Source: Podarcis gaigeae
Lineage: Eukaryota
Length of the DNA stretch: 64,000 bases
Assembly: GCA_964106915.2 (NCBI GenBank)
Contig: OZ066914.1
Direction: 5' to 3' (one strand)
Below the pieces are notes generated by a model. It searched no databases. It saw nothing but the letters and a program-made list of their open reading frames with translations, and had not been told where the DNA came from. Shown here one piece after another: positions 1 to 13,960 of the stretch; the stretch's first letter is position 1; every line of letters begins with the position of its first letter. Position numbers and translations under genes: made by a program.

Positions 1-48
1 AGAACGGACCTCCGGAATGAATTAAGTACTTATTCTGAGGTACCACTG
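1..48. mobile_element. End of a Tc1/mariner-type MITE, cut by the window edge
   Basis: Ends in ...GAGGTACCACTG followed by TA. It is the reverse complement of the left end of the full copy at 44405-44646. Confidence 0.85.
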
Positions 49-1360
49 TATCTATCTTTTACCAGCAGTAGAATGATGAGCTACTGATTAACTCTGGTCC
101 ATTTTAGAATATCTCATGTTACCTTTCACTGGTGACCCAACTGCAAAACTTTCCAAGATACTCCCCAGCAACAAGTTCCCTTTGTATGTCTGAAACATTT
201 ATCCAGAAACATAGATATGTAATTTTCTTGAGGGCAGGGTTTTCAAAACAGGATGCTTTGCAATGTAGCTTGCTTGTTAGTTCACTTCCAAGGCCAGTCA
301 CATTCCAAAATCCATATTAGGGAAATGCCACCCTGAGGCTAACGAAAATGGCACAAAATAGCATGCAAGACCTTTCCTCGCACAAGATGGTGAACAAAGC
401 AACGAGTGGGGAAGAGGGAAAGTTGACCAACGGTGAAGCCATGGAGTCTACATCTGGTCACAGTCTTAAAATTGAATGCAAGAGGAGGCAGCAGATATTC
501 TAACAAGACTCTGTTAGGTGCTCTGCAGGTTTCAGGTTTCGTCCAAAGCTGCTGGGGAAAAGGGGGGTTGATTTCCCCATATTTGAAAATATAAAACCCA
601 GCTGTTACACTCTTAAGAGAAAGACATTTGGGTCAATCCCTATTCAAGGTGTTGATTGGCTCACTTTGGACCTATTGCTCTTCTCTTCTTCATTCTGTAT
701 CACTGTTTTATTTCAACAACATTTCACATAAAATCACTTCTCTCTCTTCTGGAACTATGCTCACAGTTCCTTTGTTTGGGACACTTACCTATAGTTGTGG
801 ATATGGGATTTTTATATCAGGACTTTCAAAGCTCACAGGTATTCTTTACATTTCTACCAGAGTACCTTATTTAATATTGGACTAGTCGGCCATGTTTAGT
901 AGTAAACAGTAGTTTGGTATTACACTAACAATGACTTCCTCATGTGCTTCCTTGTTGTTTTTCTCACTCCCACTCACATATGCTTCTTTAATGTTACCTC
1001 TGCATTTCCAGAAGCCATAATTTGCCAGCAAACATGAACAAAGCAAAGTGAGGTTTGTGTGAACCCTCAACTGAGGATTGCAATAGAGAATCAAAGTCAT
1101 GACTTGTAATTGTGGTTTGTAGGGCTTGCAATTATTTGCCACTTCACATCATTGCCTACAATGAAGTAACTTATTAAAATGGAGCTCATGAGCAGAAAGA
1201 GGGAAAGGAAGCATTGTGTGAACTGTTTTAAGCATCTGTTTAGGTGTATTTTTTAAAACAGTTTGCATTAGGGAGTTAATATTTCACGAAAGGCAAGTCT
1301 GTGCAAATGTTCATTTCGAACTTTATGAGCTGAAGGCTTCTGGCTGTGAATTCTCTCACC

Positions 1361-1496
1361 CAGGCTAGCCAATGTGGTAACTTCTAGATGTTGTTAAACT
1401 ACAACTCCCATCATCTCTGATCATTGGCCATGCTGTCTGGGGCTGATGGGGGCTGTAGTCCAGCGTTATGTGAAGGGTACCATGTCAGCTACCCCG
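1361..1496. mobile_element. Degenerate palindromic hAT-type MITE (~136 bp family)
   Basis: CAGG start and ACTACAACTCCCATCA...GATGGGGGCTGTAGT internal inverted arms. Same family as 6840-6975. Confidence 0.7.
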
Positions 1497-4400
1497 ATGC
1501 AACTGGTCTCTCTGCATCTCTGCCTGGTCCATACCTCCTGCCCTGCAAAGGCGGAGTCCTGAATGAATACTGTTACTGGGAGTAACATTTACTTTTGGGT
1601 AGGATGTACTTCTTTGATGCTATTCAATAGCTCTCTCATGCTGCCTTCAGCTCTCTAATGGAAGGAGAAAAATCATACCGTCTGTCTTCAGCCTCAACCT
1701 GCTATTTGCTTGCTCATCCATCTTTAAGATTAGCACAGTACAAACTGTCAGTGTCAGTTATTGCCCCCATCCTGATCATTTCTATCTGATGAAGGTTGTC
1801 TTGATCAAATAAATGTTTCCTAAAATGGAGTAAGACAAGGAACGAGATGACAGTTCATCTGTGCTTTATATTTTATTACCTTGATATTCTTTCCCCCTTC
1901 CACTTGGTTATTAAGCTCCATGGTTTGGGCCCTGCTGCGGCACCAGTATTTCCATCCTGCAGTAAGCCAGTTTACTCACTTGGAGCTCTCCGTGGTCCTG
2001 CAGGTTCTGCCCTGCCTTTCTGCCTTCTCCGCGGAGTCCAACATCAGGCCACAAAACAAACATGCCACCTTCACTTCATTGCTCATGTTGTAAGACTGGA
2101 GTAACTTCTACCCTTTTCAAAGGAAAAAACCCAAAAACTTCATTTGCATTGTTACTCAGTTCTCTTCGGCCCAATAATCTCTGTGTGGTTGTTGCTGTCA
2201 AATATGTTTTGTTCCCCAATTTCCCTTCCCCAACATTATACTGCACCTTTTACTGATATGCAGTTTTGCTTTCAAGCCTATATTCAAAAACTTTTGTGAC
2301 AGTTAGTGTGTTGACAAAAAATTAAGATGTTAGTGTGCTCTATCTGAATCAATGATTTGCAAATATAAGCACTTATTTATACTGAGATACTGGCAGACTG
2401 CCACGTTTCTTATTGTGCCAAAAGCTACGTCTTTGTTATGTCTGGTGACCCAGTCCTTAAGGCCTCTCAAGACATGAAGTTTCTTAAGACGTGATGTTTC
2501 CTACACAGGGAGCATTCTCTGAATAGAGAGAGAAAATGTACTTCATTGCTGATGAAGAGCTGATGAATAGTTTATTTTTCTGCAAGCACACAGGTCAGAA
2601 AGCCTATCTGTGTGCAGCAATTCATTGTGAATGGTCCATTGCTAATTACTAATAGTGAAATGAATTCACTAGGAGCTGTTGTGGAGTCTTAATTCATTGG
2701 CAGCCTCTATTGATCTCAATGGAACAGGCTTGCACGCAACTCCTGAGCAAGTGCCATTGGGACAAATAGAGGTTGCACAACAGCTGATTTATATTTCTCC
2801 ACTAGCAAGGGCTCCCACCACTTGGGACAATGAGTACAGATACGATGCTTACTTGTCTCATTGTTAGATCTGAACAACAATGGCATCCCCAAGTCCTCAG
2901 TGCTATTGGTCGGTGGTAAAATCGAAGGAGGGGAGAAATGTGCCAAATGTTTATTTGATGTGGAGGTGAAATTCTTCTTAAGTCCCCCCCCCCCCGAAAG
3001 TGTTCTGATAAATTTATCTATATAATATTGAATGAAACTTTATTTCTAGTTTAAGTTGGTGGGTGAAACAATCAGTGGGCTTAGAGAGAAGAACTGGAAG
3101 GAGTTGGGGCCAAGTCATTCACTTCCGTCAACAGTACCAAAATAATATTGGACATTTAAAACTGGATCTATAGCTGCACTAAAAATTCATGGGTGGATGG
3201 CCCAGGAGGATGGAACAGTGTGTGTGTGGGATCAAGATGCATAACTGTGCAGAGGGGATTGTTGCCTAAAAACACCTCCCAACATCTGCCACTTGAGGTA
3301 GCCACCTTTACTGTCTAATGATAGGATTGGCCCCATTTGACTCCCTTTATCTAGATAGTAAATTGAGCATAATGTTCTATTTTATTTTTAAAAATAAATG
3401 AATGCAGTGTGTGGGTGACCTGCAGCCCTTGAACTAATTCATGGAGCCCTCAGCCTAATTTCAAAAGCTCTCTGGAAGTGCTTAGTTCACACCCTGCAAG
3501 AGTGCTCTCTCCCTGACTGGCAGCCTCCTGGGCTTGAAGGACGAGGGGAAGAAGGGGTGCGCGAAAAGGAGTAGAAAAAAGGATGGCAGAAAGAGGGTGG
3601 CCGACTCACTATTGGCATTTGTACCAATCACTGCTGCGATTCAGCCCAAGACAGATTAGCTTCAAGGGAAGGTGGGGGGGTGGGATTAGATGGTTATGGC
3701 TTGGTTCATATGTCACAAGAAGCCAAATTCTGACTTACAGGAACCACAAGCATTTTCTGGCTCCCAGAGGAGCTTGCACCCAATTGGTGCTCTCTGCTCC
3801 ATTCAGCATCATGCAGTGCAGCAACCAAACCAAGGTTTGGCTTAGTATGTCATCCAAATCATACTTCCCTCCTCCTTAAGCACAATCTGCATCCAAGTTT
3901 GTTGCCTGGTTACAGATTTGGGTTAAGGAGGCAAGACCCTAACCATGATCCCGACTTTGTACAACACATTAAGTCAGACCTTGGCCTAGCTGTTGCACTG
4001 TGCTAAAAGGAAACAGGGTAGAGCAAAAGGAGTGCAAGCTCCTCTCTGGGAGACAGCACATTTGTGTAGTTGTCCCAGCAAGTCAACTTTGGGTTTACTC
4101 TAATCAGTGCTTTTTTTTCTGGGGATACACAGGGATACACATACCCCTAAACATTTTGTGAATCTAACAGGTGAAGAAACAATTTTTTAAAAAATTAGTT
4201 TCTTCTCTAGTGTGGTGAATCATAAGTTCTGTTGAAGAGCATGGTGAATTGTCAGTGCCCCCATGGCAGCCTTATTTCCTGCCATGGTGTTTCCTGAGTC
4301 TTAGACAGAAGTGAGCGTTTAATGTGTGAAGCAGTGTGCAATGTGGATGTGTGGTGTTTTACTGATGAAAATTTGGCCTCACTGAGGGGCAGTATTTCAA

Positions 4401-4501
4401 TATGAGTAATGCATGTTCTTTGTACTTTTGTCCATTTACTATATTTATTTTTCCTGATTTGAACTATAAAATGGTGATTTTCTTGAGTCAAAATGAGAGT
4501 A

Positions 4502-4849
4502 AAGGAAAAGGTAAAGGGACCCCTGTTCAATAGGTTCAGTCACAAATGACTCTGGGGTTGTGGCGCTCATCTTGCTTTATTGGCCAAGGGAGCCGTCGTA
4601 CAGCTTCCGGGTCATGACTAAGCCGCTTCTGGCAAACCAGAGCAGTGCACGGAAACGCCGTTTACCTTCCCCTTGGAGTGGTACCTATTTATCTACTTGC
4701 ACTTTGATGTGCTTTCAAACTGCTAGGTTGGCAGGAGCAGGGACCGAGCAATGGGAGCTCACCCCATCGCTGTGATTCGAACTGCCAACCTTCTGATCGG
4801 CAAGTCTTAGGCTCTGTGGTTTAACCCACAGCACTACCCATGTCCCTTC
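4502..4849 (-). mobile_element. Sauria (Squam1) SINE, older subfamily
   Basis: tRNA-like head on the minus strand and (ACCTTT)n tail. 13-bp TSD CAAAATGAGAGTA at 4489-4501 and 4850-4862. Confidence 0.92.
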
Positions 4850-6193
4850 CAAAATGAGAGTACCCCTAATCTTTCTTTTTAAAAAAGCACTGTCTCTGAT
4901 GCATGAATGAGGTCAATGTGTCTTACCTCAAAATGTGGTAAGCTAAACCTACTATGTTCTGGGGTACTCCTTTCATTTTGTCAGGTGTGGCTCCAGATTT
5001 GTGCTCCAAAATCCTGGGCTGAATGCTGTTACTGGTGCAACTACGTTCACAAGAGGCGACAGATTGTGCTCCTGATTTCAATTACACATACACCAGAAAT
5101 ATTTTCTGTAGAAGTGTGCCAGATTTGTATAACATAGGCTATTGATCGCAATAGTACATGATACACTTCCACTAAGGGTGTGATGATGAAAGTGTGTTGT
5201 GACTGCGCTAGCATAATAGATATCCATTTCATGCACATCAAAATTCAACATCCAGATGTTTATTTTAAACCAAAGCCTTTGAAGTCCCACGGCTGATCAT
5301 TGCCACATTTTATTTAAGCTGATTTCTGTTCTGCAGAAGGCAAAAGCCAAAAATAGGGTTCTGAAACTCCTTTTTCTTTGCCCTTGTTCTTTCTACTCAG
5401 TCACCTACACTGCCTTTCAGCAGTTCATTCTAATGTATTCAGCAAAGTTTTCCTGACAAACAACTTGCATCAATCCCTTTCTTGAAGACTTCTGACTTTT
5501 TTTTGTTGTTATGTAAAACACCGTATTCATTATGAACCTTTTTGCTTGCCTCTGCCGAACTGTCTCAATGTGGATCAAATGCAGATGGGTGAATAATATC
5601 AAATTTGACCCAGTAAGAAATAGGAAAGGAGACAGTCATTGAAAGGCTGCCGGAGCCCTTTGCTGAAATGAGTCCAATTATTTTCTTATTGTAAGGCAAA
5701 GGACTTTTTTTCTGTATTTCAGAAGGTTCATCACTTTGGATCTCTGAGCCAAGGATAATGTGCTTGAGATGGGACACCAGGTCTCCTGAATCACCTCAGG
5801 ACAATGAATATCTGAAACCCAGACAGCCCTCTTTTTGCAAATGATGCATCATACAAATGCAAATGACAGATTTGACTTTCAAATCAGAATAATATGACAA
5901 ACACAATCTCTTACAGCCGTCTGAGGTGTGCCAAAGTTGTCTCTTGTCTCCAAATTGTGTGGTGTGGCACGATTTGCAAATGGAAACTTTCTAAGTTTGC
6001 ATTTTAAAGGCAGCATGTTATACATGATCTGGAACATGGCGACACATTATTCTCCACAGCAGTTGCTTCTAATTAGATGAAGACAACACTACCTTATGAA
6101 TTTGCGACTAAAATATCTCCCATATTGTTGCCCTATCAGCTGCTGTCAGTATTGAAACTGCTGATATAGTTCCTGGGAGCTGGATGCTGGTTT

Positions 6194-6196
<3 letters not shown>

Positions 6197-6239
<43 letters not shown>
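6197..6239. repeat. (CA)n microsatellite
   Basis: About 21 uninterrupted CA units. Confidence 0.98.
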
Positions 6240-6241
<2 letters not shown>

Positions 6242-6354
6242 TCATTCAATATAAATATTTCCAGGGTGGTTTAAACAATAAAAACCAATCAAACAATAAG
6301 ACAAAGTTCACAAAACCTAAAACAGTGATTAAAAATTGATAGCAATGAAATCAA

Positions 6355-6720
6355 TCCATATTTATTCTATATTTCTTAAATTTGTATACTGCCCTTCATC
6401 TGAAGATCACAAAGTGGCTCACAATGTAAGACTACAAAATGAGATCACAAAATGCACTATAAAACAAAAAACCAATACCCCTCTCCCTCAAACACATTTA
6501 AAATGCCATAGAATGTGAATCAGCCAAAGGCCTGGTTATAGGTGAACGTTCTTGCCAGGTGCCTAAAGATGGCACCAGGTGAGCTTCCTGGTAGCAAAAT
6601 CGATAATCAGGTGAGCTTACCACCTGAGAACATCCTTTCACCACTTTCTACCTGCCTCACATGATGTTGGAGGAAGGTCTTAGATGACATTCTTACCTCA
6701 GAGGCATGCTGGTGTGGAGG
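6355..6720 (-). mobile_element. Degenerate L2-type LINE 3' fragment
   Basis: Resembles the reverse complement of lizard L2 3' ends, with the AT-rich tail on the left. Boundaries are approximate. Confidence 0.55.
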
Positions 6721-6839
6721 TGGTGCTATGGAAATCAGGTCACAGACCCTCAATTTGTGATTTTTGTTTAATCTAAGAACTGTCTCCAGTTTGGGAGTGG
6801 GGACAGAATCAATGCATTCTACTTCAGAAATGTCTACAT

Positions 6840-6975
6840 CAGGCTTCCTCAACCTCAGCCCTCCAGATGTGTTTGGCCTACAACTCCCATGATCCCTAGC
6901 TAGCAGGACCAGTGGTCAGGGATGATGGGAATTGTAGTCTCAAAACATCTGGAGGGCTGAGGTTGAGGAAGCCTG
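6840..6975. mobile_element. Palindromic hAT-type MITE, 136 bp
   Basis: Long perfect TIR CAGGCTTCCTCAACCTCAGCCCTCCAGATGT. Exact 8-bp TSD GTCTACAT at 6832-6839 and 6976-6983. Confidence 0.95.
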
Positions 6976-9900
6976 GTCTACATAAATGTACATGAATCAA
7001 GTTCCCAAAATGGTAACACATAGGGAATAATCCAAGAATTACAGCACCAGCATTCGGTTTCCTCTGTGATTTAACAATATGGCTACAGAGGAAGCCAAGA
7101 GGGTGCTGTTCTCCATAAAGATAACATATGAAGGAACTGAGGAAAAATCTGGGAATGGAGACAAAGCCACACAATGTGACCAAGGAGTTCCATTATATTG
7201 ATTTTTGCCCTCCCTCTTGCTCACACTTTTATATCCTCCTCCCTTGCTTCTTGCCTTTTAAAGTTGCTCTTTACATGTCCGGTTCTTATAACCTGGCTTC
7301 ATAAATCAGTTCCTTAATTATGTTTGCTGCTGTTCTCAGGAGAGTCCTCAATTTGTCTATGTCTTTCTGGTATTTGGGTTCACTCAACTAAATGCCAAAA
7401 GGGAGAGCAGTAAACAAGTCAAATTGCACACACGCTCAGACAGACACACACACCTCACTCCCAGTGTTTTGCTTCTTCTGTGCACCTTAAAAACACGCAC
7501 ATATTTGTTATCAGTTATTTTCAGCAATTCCGAGGTTGGGGTCACGTTGCAACAGAATAGGGTTTTTTGAGGATTTATGTTTCTGCTTTGTCTTGAACCC
7601 TCCGTAACAAAAATAACAGTGCCCAGATCATTCTGGAGACATTTAGTATTCTCCATCTATGACTATATCTTCACAGATCAATGCAAAAGAGAAAGGGAAG
7701 AGAGTTGTAGGTGGATATTACACTCAGGCTGGCTTGCAAAAGATGGGCTGAGTTGCTTGTTTCTTTTACTTTTTTAAGTTCCTTTAAAAATATAGTTTAT
7801 TTCCAATACCCTCTATTGCAGATGCATCTCAGGGGGATGTGAAGGCTGTGGATCTAGCATGCCCAGCAAGCCCCCAACACACACACACCCAACCTCCTCC
7901 TTTTTGCCCCCTCCAGAGATGGAACAGCCCCAGATGTGCATCTTTTCACATCCTCATAGAGAAAGCAAGTAAAGTTAGATCCCTCTCTCTGCAAGGGCAG
8001 ACCTCCATCTCTGAGTGGAAGCTCCAGTGAATTCTACGGTCTCTGGGACAACCTTTCACGGGCCATAAGATCACAACCTAAATGTATGATACTTTAGTTG
8101 CTGGAAAGCAACTCTCTGCCTTCTGGTCAAGCAAGCACCCATCACCTGCCAGGGAACTAAGTATCTCAGACTAGAGCCTGTTTTTGTTGGGGCCTTGGGC
8201 CTTATCTATACAGGTATCCTCAGACAGAATGGATGGGCTCCTAGCAAGTGTACATTGAGTTCTCAGCCGAGGCACTATGAAAAAAAAATACAATCCTGAG
8301 GGATTTTGCAAGGAAAATTGAGGAGGGCAGCAGCAGCAGCAGCACAGCCCATTCAAATGGGCCCCCTGCCTCAATTTTGCTTGCACCCACTCCAAACCCA
8401 TCAGCTCATCCTCGTAGTCCCCAGGGAGAAGGTTACTTTTGGGAGTCAGGATAAGGTAGCAAGCAGCATTGGCTTCAGCACTGGTGAATTCTTCTTGGAT
8501 GGGATGGGCCCATGTGGACCTGTACTCCTTCCATCTTCCTCTGCCTGGGATCCTGGGAGCTCAACTACAATGGGGCATAGCTTCTTTATTTTTGAAGGTA
8601 GATTCAAATATCTGGTGTATTGGATGGTGTATTTGAATAACTACTGCTGCTTATTTCATTATTTGCTTTGGTTGCTTTTATTGTCTTTTTCTGCACCCTG
8701 CACGGGCATCTTTATCAATGAAGGGTAGGGTATAAATATTTTTAGCATTTGTTCGTTTCAGAAAATGATCACTGGTGGAAAATGACATTGGCATTTCCCG
8801 CAACAGGCCCTGCCATGTTTCTGATGATGTAGCTGGAAGCACAAGAAAAATCCAGCCAATTTGGGATTCTAATTAAGTGAGCTGTTTTCCATGGAGAAGA
8901 TGCTTCACACTCTTGAACCCCCAATTCTGTACACAGAGGGGAGGTCACCCACCACTAGCTTGAGAATTCTCCTGAGAATTATGCAGTGGAAAGTGAGGAA
9001 GGAACAAATTCAATTCTAACCATCAGTGTGCTCTTCATTAAAATCTCAGCATTTGAAGTTTTCATTCATGAGCAGGGAACATACAGATACTCAAAAAGTG
9101 AGGAGTAGATACTTGAAAAATGACTTCTGAAAGATTTTGTATAAAGAACAATCACTGATGTACGGCTGATTTTTTTTTATCTGTAGTCCATATGGAAGAG
9201 AGTTTTTCTTATCACTTTAAATCTGTGTAAGATCAGATGTTAACATATTTCAGTTGTGCTATTTGTTAGCCGATTCCCTGTTTTAAGTAAATGTCAGCAT
9301 CTGCTCTTGGCTTTGGCTCTAGTTAAGGCTTACATGATGACTTTTTTCCTGTCTGAGTAGGATTTTTCTCATGCATAGTTTTTGTTTGAAGAGAGTCCCA
9401 GATTGTAGCTTTAGAGAAAAGTGGGAGAGAGAAGATATATGGAGCAGGATACAAGGTTTTTGATAACAAAACATACGGATGAGATGACTGGAGCTATGAT
9501 GATTTGAGTACAGTATTAAGTGGTTTGAATAGATCCATGTGTAATTCTGCTGCAGTCCTCAAGTTCTTCATGATACCTGCCATTAAATTGATAAAACCCA
9601 AGGGCCTTGGTGGCAGATTCTAGACAATTTGAGAATGGAGCTATACTAAGGTTGTGTGTGTGTGATTTTTGCATCTTAGACAAAATATTTTTCCTCCCCC
9701 TTCCACCAGATTTTAGTTATTTTGAGCACACTGACAACAGCACATGAATAAAAATTGCCAAATTTGCCCCTGTGGCTGCCCTACTCTTCTCTGAAGACTA
9801 TTGAGAGCCCAGAACTTCTGAAGTGACTGTAAGCACTTGCTCACTATGCAAAACGGCAGTGAGGTAATGTCTAACTCCGAATATAACTGTTTTGTTTGAA

Positions 9901-10029
9901 TGATTCAATGATTTGAAAACAGAGACTCTATGTTCTATTGTTACCGGAAAAATTCTTAGTAAAAACCATATTTTTTAAAAAAAACACAATCATAAAAACA
10001 TTGTTTTATGGCTGTGCCATGCATGAAGT

Positions 10030-10290
10030 ACAATCCAACAAGGGGTGGATGTGAGACCCCCGCTAAGGTAGAAAGCTATTGATTTCATTGGGATTGAAGT
10101 TACAATCCTACACACAGTTACCTGGAAGTAAATTCCGTCAAAGTCAATGGGATTTACTCTTGAGTGGATGTGTATAGGTTTGCACTTAGGTTTCTATAAG
10201 TTTGTATTTGTAGAAATGTCTACTCAGAAATAAGTTCCATAGACCTGCAGATCTTACCCTGAGATAAGTATACACAGGACTGCAACTTCA
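10030..10290. repeat. Cluster of about 3 degenerate copies of a short palindromic squamate interspersed repeat
   Basis: Recurring CAATCCTA...TACTCAGAAGTAAGT...CAATGGGA.TTACTC...GGATTGCA-like motif. Related copies lie near 42965-43110 and 56545-56630. Confidence 0.6.
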
Positions 10291-12170
10291 GTTTTGCTCT
10301 CTCTTTTTTACACATAAAATATTTTACACAATGCATAATCAATTTAAATTATACATACCCTTTTCTGGCAAGTAGGCATGCAACAAATTCATATTTGCAA
10401 AACAACAACAATGATTTTAAAGGAATGGACCCAGCCTGTTTTAGGCTCTCTGCTATAAAATAAAAGAAGCAGCCCCCAATTTCTGAATTATGGATATCCT
10501 AATGTATTCCAAACTGCTCGAGGGCAGTGCTTGCATAGAATTCCCATTTTATTCTCCAACCATCCATGTCAGGTAGGTGAGGCTGAGAGAGTGACTTCTC
10601 CTAATAAGTCTCACGGCTGAGCAGGTCTTTAACCCATGTTCAATTACTATGTCACACTGGCCGTTTTGTTCCATTCTTGACTCTGCTTCTAGTGCTCTTC
10701 TGAAATCTGGTCTCCACTTGCTTGAAAGTTTCCTTCTCCTGCAAAAGAGGCTTCCATTATTTTTTGCCACATTCTTGGGAGACTTGAGAATTTCAGTTGG
10801 TACAGGATTGTGAGATTGCCTTTTTATTGCAAGGTGGCCATGGGTGTTGTGTTTGTGTGCGTTTCATGTAAACAGTTCTCTGTCACTCTGCGGCCTCCCA
10901 GCTTGCCCACAGTTCCTGATCTGAAAAATAATCACATTTTAGGAGTTATGTCATGTTATTTTCCCTCGGGATTAAATTCAAGTATGGGCATCAATGGAGG
11001 CCACAAAGTGCAGACCACAGGTAAGATGCTTTCTAGGCAACACTCCTCAACCACTTTTGAAATTTTTTGGGTGCATTTTATTCCTTATTCATTGACAGAG
11101 AGTGTCTGGGGGTGGGGAAACACAAGAGAAATTTTCAGCAAAACACGAGCATGGACTGTAGTGATGGGGCTTAATGAGGGTCTGTTCTTAGAGACTTGCA
11201 AATGCTTAGAACCATGCTTATGGAAAACATGAAGTTTTGGTTTGGGTTGGAGCCAGGAAATGTTTTAAAGATAGGACTTGGTCCGCAGACAACAAGCTAT
11301 CATCATGTTTATTAAGCTCTTTCTAATCCCTACACGTGCACCGATGAAACTCAGTTTAAAAGCATTCCTTTTTGGTCCAACTTAAATCTGTTTGCATTGT
11401 CTGGTGATCAGAGGAGCACTTTGGGGAAAGGTGGAACAACTGGTTAAGCAGCCAGAAGCCTTGTATTATTTAGCTGAAAAGAAAAGCATCCCAAGTAGAC
11501 CTTTGCCGCAGCTTTGGTTTTGGTTTTGTTTTAAAAAATCCCTGTGCTAAACTGTCAAAATAGTGCATCTTAATAGTCCCTGAACAGTTTGACACAGAAT
11601 GCTTGGAAATTAGCAGACCCTGCTGAAAGCTTTTCATATTGTATATCTTCTTAGTTTACATATCTGACTTGGGAATAGCTATTAGGAACAGAGATTTCAT
11701 AGCAAACAGTGTAGGATGTCTAGGGATAACATATAGGCAGGTATATTAGAGATGGCATTAATTTATCACAAAATTTACAGTACTTAAGCATGGGGAAACA
11801 ACAAACTCCTTATAGTTTATAGTAATGTAAAGATGGAAGGGGTAGGTCATTGTGTCCAAGTTTCTGACAAAAGCAAGAATCCTTCCTGAAGTGATTCTAG
11901 CCAAAAGATTATGCACATTAGTCTCCAGTTGAGATGGAGGAGTCCTCCCAAGCTCAGCTCAGATTAACTCAGAAATTGATTTCCTCCAAAATGTTTGGAA
12001 GATCTCCAATCACTTTCTCAAGCCAATCTAGAAACCCAGAAAAAAACACGACTCTTCTCTCAGCCTCTTAATTTTACTATATTTTATGTCACAAAGTAAT
12101 ACTGTGCCTCCACTATGTTAAATAAGGTAAAACTAAGAACCTGCAGTGGCAAAAACCAAAGGTAGAGGTA

Positions 12171-12201
12171 GAAGAAGAAGAAGAAGAAGAAGAAGAAGAA
12201 G

Positions 12202-12232
<31 letters not shown>

Positions 12233-12458
12233 GTGTGGATTTGATATCCCACTTTATCACTACCTTAAGGAGTCTCAAAGTGGCTAACAATCTCCTTTCC
12301 CTTCCTCTCCCACAACAAACACTCTGTCAGATGAGTGAGGCTGAGAGACTTCCAAGAAGTGTGACTAGCCCAAGCAGCTGCATGTGAAGGAGTGGAGAAT
12401 CGAACCCAGTTCACCAGATTACGAGTCCACTGCTCTTAGCCACTATACCACACTGGCT
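12171..12458 (-). mobile_element. tRNA-derived CORE-type SINE (Squam2-like) with (CTT)n tail
   Basis: The minus strand starts AGCCAGTGTGGTATAGTGGCTAAGAGC (A box) and contains GGGTTCGATTC (B box). About (GAA)20 at 12171-12230. Confidence 0.85.
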
Positions 12459-13652
12459 TATTTAATAAATGATGAGGTAGTAGTAAGCCTATCGTAACAC
12501 AGGGAAAGCCTGCTGGACCAGGCCAAAGGCCAAAGGCCCATCTTGTCTACCTGTCTGATCTTAACAGTGGCCTTTGGGAAGCCTGCAAGCAGGACTTGAG
12601 TTCAACAGCACTCTCCCTGCTCATGATCGCTAGCAACTGGCATTTGGTGGCAGAATATAGACATCCTGGCTAGTAATCCTTGATACTACTTTACCTTTAC
12701 CTTTTTTATCTCTCTATATTTTGGTCACGTCAGGATCGCAGCATGTTGCCTTCAGAGCTTCTCGGTTTGCACACATTTCCCAAATATGACTACATTCATT
12801 CCATCTACTAAGAATAGGAAACAAAGAAAATGAACCGAGGGGGAGAATGAAGCTGAAGGGGAGGCATCTGCGCATTTGTCTGCGGAATCCTCCGAGGATG
12901 GAGCTCAGTTACATGAACATCAATATATCCATCCACACACAGAAGACTAACCAGAAACCCTGAGCCAAAAATAATAGTGTTTCAAACAGGAAGGAAAAAT
13001 GAAATTTCAGGAGAAAGACATTTTCTTTCTCTTTGCATATCCTTCTTGGCACAGAGCATGTTTATTTATGGTCTTTGGGGCCATACTAGCCCTGCATTAG
13101 GATCATATGAGAGCCTTGTTCTCTCTCTCTCTCTATTTTATTTTGTTTTATTTTTTTGATGTGGCTAATAGGATATAAAAGCCTTGGCTATGATTTACCA
13201 CTTAGAAAGATGCTATCGAGACAAATTTGGGGAAAGTACGAGACACAAGGGGTTACCATGGGGAGTGACTCCCCCTTTCTATTTCCTCTTGTTCCCCTTG
13301 TTCTCGAGTTGAGGCTGTTGCTGTGTTTCTCAGATGTCTGAAGAACAACTTTTTAAGAGTGGGGCCACTACATTTCCTTGATGAGAGGCCTACTTCGGCT
13401 TCTCTGTGCAAAGTTTTGTTTCATTGTTTCAGAGCTAAGCTTAGGTCTTTGAAAACCACTTCTTTTTCTTTCAGGGAAATCCCAGTTCAGTGACAGAACA
13501 GGGGATCCTGCTGTCTCCCACCCCAGCTCCCAATTATCCCTTCAATCTCTTCACAGCACTGAGGCCAGCAAGCAAAGAGGCCACTGAGGGCAATAGCAGC
13601 AGCAGCATTTACCTGCCCTCCACCCTAAGTTTGCAGGGCAGCTTGCAACCAT

Positions 13653-13960
13653 CACTCAGGCCAGACACTGAGGTCCACCTCTGAAGGTCTTCTGCTAGTT
13701 CCCTCCCTGTGAGAAGCAAAGCTACAGGGAACCAGGCGGTAGTGGCACCCTTCCTGTGGAACACCCTCCCATCAGAGATAAAGAACTATACAACTTTTAG
13801 AAGACATCTGAAGGCAGCCTTGTTTAGGGAAGTTTTTAATGTTTGTTGTTTTATCGTGTTTTTACTATTCTGCTGGGAAACGCCCAGAGTGGCTGGGGAA
13901 ACCCAGCTAGATGGGTGAGGTATAAATGATAAAATCATTATTATTACTATTATTACTATT
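13653..13960 (+). mobile_element. L2-type LINE 3' fragment
   Basis: GTGGCACCCTTCCTGTGGAAC...CCCAGAGTGGCTGGGGAAACCCAGC...(TAT)n tail. Homologous to 51783-52133. Confidence 0.85.

Noticed and set aside
348-503. 51-aa ATG ORF MAQNSMQDLSSHK...
   Set aside because: Short, with no recognisable homology or promoter/splice support.
8306-8728. 140-aa ORF with poly-Ala
   Set aside because: Non-ATG start, poly-Ala comes from a short CAG repeat, and there is no recognisable domain or exon structure.
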